From: an uncultured bacterium
GTDB taxonomy: Bacteria; Gemmatimonadota; Gemmatimonadetes; Gemmatimonadales; Gemmatimonadaceae
Direction: 5' to 3'
NCBI GenBank assembly: GCA_963978095.1
Contig: CAXBQP010000027.1
Location: 1 to 42,185, forward strand
DNA: 42,185 nucleotides
Shown one piece after another: positions 39,391-42,185 of this stretch. Under the pieces are notes generated by a model that was not told the origin of the DNA, searched no databases, and was given only the letters and a program-made list of their open reading frames with translations. Position 1 is the stretch's first letter. Each line of letters starts with the position of its first letter. Position numbers and translations under genes: made by a program.

Positions 39391-42009
39391 ATGCACGTCC
39401 CAGCATCCCGCGCGTGGCTGCGCCTCTCCGCAGCGCTCGTCCTCGTCAGTACCTCGCTCCGCGCGCAGAGCGCACCGGTCGCCGAGGAATTCAACAAGCT
39501 CCACTTCCGGTCGATCGGTCCAGCGATCATGTCGGGGCGCATCTCCGACCTGGCGGTCTACGAGGCGAATCCGGCCATCTGGTACGTGGGCACGGCGCAC
39601 GGCGGCGTGTGGAAGACCACCAGCAACGGCGCGACCTTCACGCCGTTGCTGCAGGACCGCGGACTGCTCAGCATCGGTGATGTCGCCGTGTCACAGAGCA
39701 ACCCCGACATCGTCTGGGTCGGCACCGGCGAATCGAACAATCGTCAGTCCACGAGCTGGGGAGATGGCGTCTGGAAGTCCACCGATGGCGGCAAGACCTT
39801 TGCAAACGTCGGGCTCAAGGATTCCAAGCACATCAACCGCATCATTCTTGACCCCAGCAACACCGAGGTCGCGCTCGTCGCCGCCACCGGCCCGCTCTTC
39901 GGCCCGGGCGGTGAACGTGGCGTCTACAAGACGACGGACGGCGGCAAGTCCTGGAAACTCGTGCTCAAGGGGGATCAGGACACCGGCGCCAACGACATCG
40001 CGCAGTCCTTCACCGATCCGAAAACGCTGTACGCGTCGCTCTACCAGCGTCGTCGCACAGCCTGCTGCATGAATGGCGGCGGTCCCGGGAGCGCGCTCTA
40101 CAAGTCCACCGATGGTGGCGACACGTGGACCCGGATCACCGGCGGGGGCTTCCCCGGCGGTTCGCTCGGGCGTATTGCGGTCGACGTCTTCCGTGGCAAT
40201 GCCAACACGGTGTATGCGTCGGTCGAAGGGAACACCGAGGCGAACGGACTCTTCCGCTCGAATGACGGCGGCGCCACCTGGACCAAGGCGAGCGGGGCCA
40301 ATCCGCGCCCGATGTACTTCTCGCAGGTGCGCATCGATCCCAAGAATCCCGAGCGCGTCTACATGGGCGGCGTGAAGATGCAGCTCACGATCGACGGCGG
40401 CAAAACCTTTGCCACCGATGCCTCGCTCGTGATCCACGACGACATCCATGCCATCTGGCTCGATCCCGCGAACCCCGATCACGTGCTGATCGGCGGCGAC
40501 GGCGGGCTCGGCGTGTCCTACGACGGCGCCAAGACCTGGATCTTCCACGCCAACATGCCGGTCGGGTTGTTCTACCATGTCAGCTTCGACATGGAGCGCC
40601 CATACAATGTGTGCGGCGGGATGCAGGACAACTACGACTGGTGTGGCCCCTCGCAGTCACGCGCGCAGCAGGGGATCTACAACCACGAGTTCTTCCAGAT
40701 CCAGGGCGGCGACGGCTTCCAGGCGGTGCAGGATCTGCGCGACTCGCGCATCGTGTACACCGAATCGCAGGACGGCAACTTGATCCGCCGCAACAAGGTG
40801 ACGGGCGAGTCCAAGTCGATCCGTCCGAACGCGCTGAACGTCACGCCGGCGCCGAAGAAGGACGAGACCTTCCGCTTCATGTGGGACACGCCGGTGATGC
40901 TCTCGCCGAGTGACCCCGGCGTGCTGTACGTGGCGGGCAACCGCCTGTTCAAGAGCACCGACCGCGGGGATTCGTGGACGGTGATCAGCCCCGACCTGAC
41001 CACCAATACGAACCGCGACACCGTGGTGACGATGGGGCTCAAGGGCGCCGACATCACCATCAGCAAGAACGACGGCATCGTGAGCTACTCGACGATCGTC
41101 GCGATCGGAGAGAGCAAGAAGCAGCCCGGCGTGCTGTACGCGGGTACGGACGACGGCGTGCTGAGTGTGACGCGCGACGGCGGCAAGACGTGGGAGAACG
41201 TCACGAAGAACCTCCCTGGATTCCCGGCCGGCGGCTATATCAGCCGCGTGGTACCCTCGGCGTTCGACGCGGGGACGGTCTACATCACCGTCGACAACCA
41301 CCGCCTCAACGACTACGCCCCGCACATCTGGGTCAGCACCGACTTCGGCAAGACGTTCCGCTCGCTCGTGAACAACCTCGGTCCCGAAGTGGCGCGCACC
41401 CTCACCGAAGATCTGAAGAACCGCGACGTGCTCTACCTCGGCACCGAGACGGGGATTTTCCTCTCGCTCGACCGCGGCACGAGCTGGAAGCGCCTCAAGG
41501 CCAACTTCCCGACCGTGCGCGTCGATGAGATCACCCTGCATCCGCGCGACAATGCGATGCTCGTGGCGACGCATGGCCGCGCACTCTGGATTCTCGATCA
41601 CCTCGAGCCGATCCAGGAGTACACCGCGGCCAAGGCGGCGGCGGATGCCAAGCTCTACAGTGTGCCGACCGCGCTGCAGCTCAAGCGCAAGAACGAGCGC
41701 AACGCCGAGTTCTGGGGGCATCAGTATTTCGTCGGCGAGAATCCCCCCGCGGATGCGATGATCCAGTTCCAGGTGAACAAGCCGGTCACGGGGCTGGGCA
41801 TGCGCATCAGCGCCGCGGGCAAGGTGGTGCGCACGCTGACGATGCCTCCGAACCGCAACGCTGCCGGCATTCAGACCGTGTGCTGGGACATGCGGGTGGA
41901 GCCGATCGCGGCGGACTCTGGCGGAGCCGGCTTGGGTGCCGGTGGCGGCGGAGCCGGTGCCGGTGCCGGAGCCGGAGAAGCCAAAGACGCATGTCGAGGA
42001 CATTGCTGA
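39391..42009 (+). CDS. VPS10/BNR beta-propeller protein, probably 3'-truncated near 41950-41980
   Basis: FRSIGPAIMSGRI, VWVGTGESN, STDGGKT repeats, ATHGRALW; runs into a Gly/Ala tract and then foreign-looking sequence. Confidence 0.85.
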   Translation: MHVPASRAWLRLSAALVLVSTSLRAQSAPVAEEFNKLHFRSIGPAIMSGRISDLAVYEANPAIWYVGTAHGGVWKTTSNGATFTPLLQDRGLLSIGDVAVSQSNPDIVWVGTGESNNRQSTSWGDGVWKSTDGGKTFANVGLKDSKHINRIILDPSNTEVALVAATGPLFGPGGERGVYKTTDGGKSWKLVLKGDQDTGANDIAQSFTDPKTLYASLYQRRRTACCMNGGGPGSALYKSTDGGDTWTRITGGGFPGGSLGRIAVDVFRGNANTVYASVEGNTEANGLFRSNDGGATWTKASGANPRPMYFSQVRIDPKNPERVYMGGVKMQLTIDGGKTFATDASLVIHDDIHAIWLDPANPDHVLIGGDGGLGVSYDGAKTWIFHANMPVGLFYHVSFDMERPYNVCGGMQDNYDWCGPSQSRAQQGIYNHEFFQIQGGDGFQAVQDLRDSRIVYTESQDGNLIRRNKVTGESKSIRPNALNVTPAPKKDETFRFMWDTPVMLSPSDPGVLYVAGNRLFKSTDRGDSWTVISPDLTTNTNRDTVVTMGLKGADITISKNDGIVSYSTIVAIGESKKQPGVLYAGTDDGVLSVTRDGGKTWENVTKNLPGFPAGGYISRVVPSAFDAGTVYITVDNHRLNDYAPHIWVSTDFGKTFRSLVNNLGPEVARTLTEDLKNRDVLYLGTETGIFLSLDRGTSWKRLKANFPTVRVDEITLHPRDNAMLVATHGRALWILDHLEPIQEYTAAKAAADAKLYSVPTALQLKRKNERNAEFWGHQYFVGENPPADAMIQFQVNKPVTGLGMRISAAGKVVRTLTMPPNRNAAGIQTVCWDMRVEPIAADSGGAGLGAGGGGAGAGAGAGEAKDACRGHC

Positions 42010-42185
42010 CCGTCTAAAGTTTGGGTTTCCCAAGTCTGGCCGGTCAGAGACGAGCTACAAGTACGATGGTAAATTTTGTACAGAAAAGGAGGAACCCAAG
42101 GAGGGGGTGGAGCCTTTGGATAACGAGATTGGCACACCTATCGATGTCTACTCGGACCAGACGAATAAGGAGTACGAAGAGCTCC
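41951..42185 (+). other. Compositionally foreign terminal segment with its own open frame (probable chimeric junction)
   Basis: Abrupt GC drop; +1 frame open to the end: EPVPVPEPEKPKTHVEDIADRLKFGFPKSGRSETSYKYDGKF...EYEEL. Confidence 0.65.

Overview
High-GC bacterial chromosomal region. Protein style (many exported peptidases and BNR/VPS10 proteins with GGRGG inserts) suggests Gemmatimonadota, but this is inference only. From left to right: an IS3-family (IS51-group-like) element cut by the window edge, with an in-frame TGA in orfB; ettA; an outer-membrane beta-barrel plus a Gly/Tyr-rich exported protein; an M14 peptidase; a minus-strand block (BamA-like protein, DUF6624-like protein, beta-sandwich protein). 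Next is a tightly packed panB - CysO/MoaD-like sulfur carrier - MoeZ - threonine-synthase-like operon behind a structured ~230-nt leader, the most interesting locus here. Then come tRNA-Asn(GTT), a DUF1640-like coiled-coil protein, CopG/DUF411, M1 and M20 peptidases, an acyl-CoA ligase, an NPP phosphodiesterase, a 57-aa small protein, an O-antigen-ligase-family protein and a Gfo/Idh/MocA oxidoreductase. These are followed by madLM without malonate decarboxylase genes but with an FMO and a deacetylase, an exported M20, and a DUF1028-YbhB-DPP IV-VPS10-VPS10 run. The last ~230 nt switch composition and reading frame and look like a chimeric junction. All calls come from motif recognition by eye; no searches were run.
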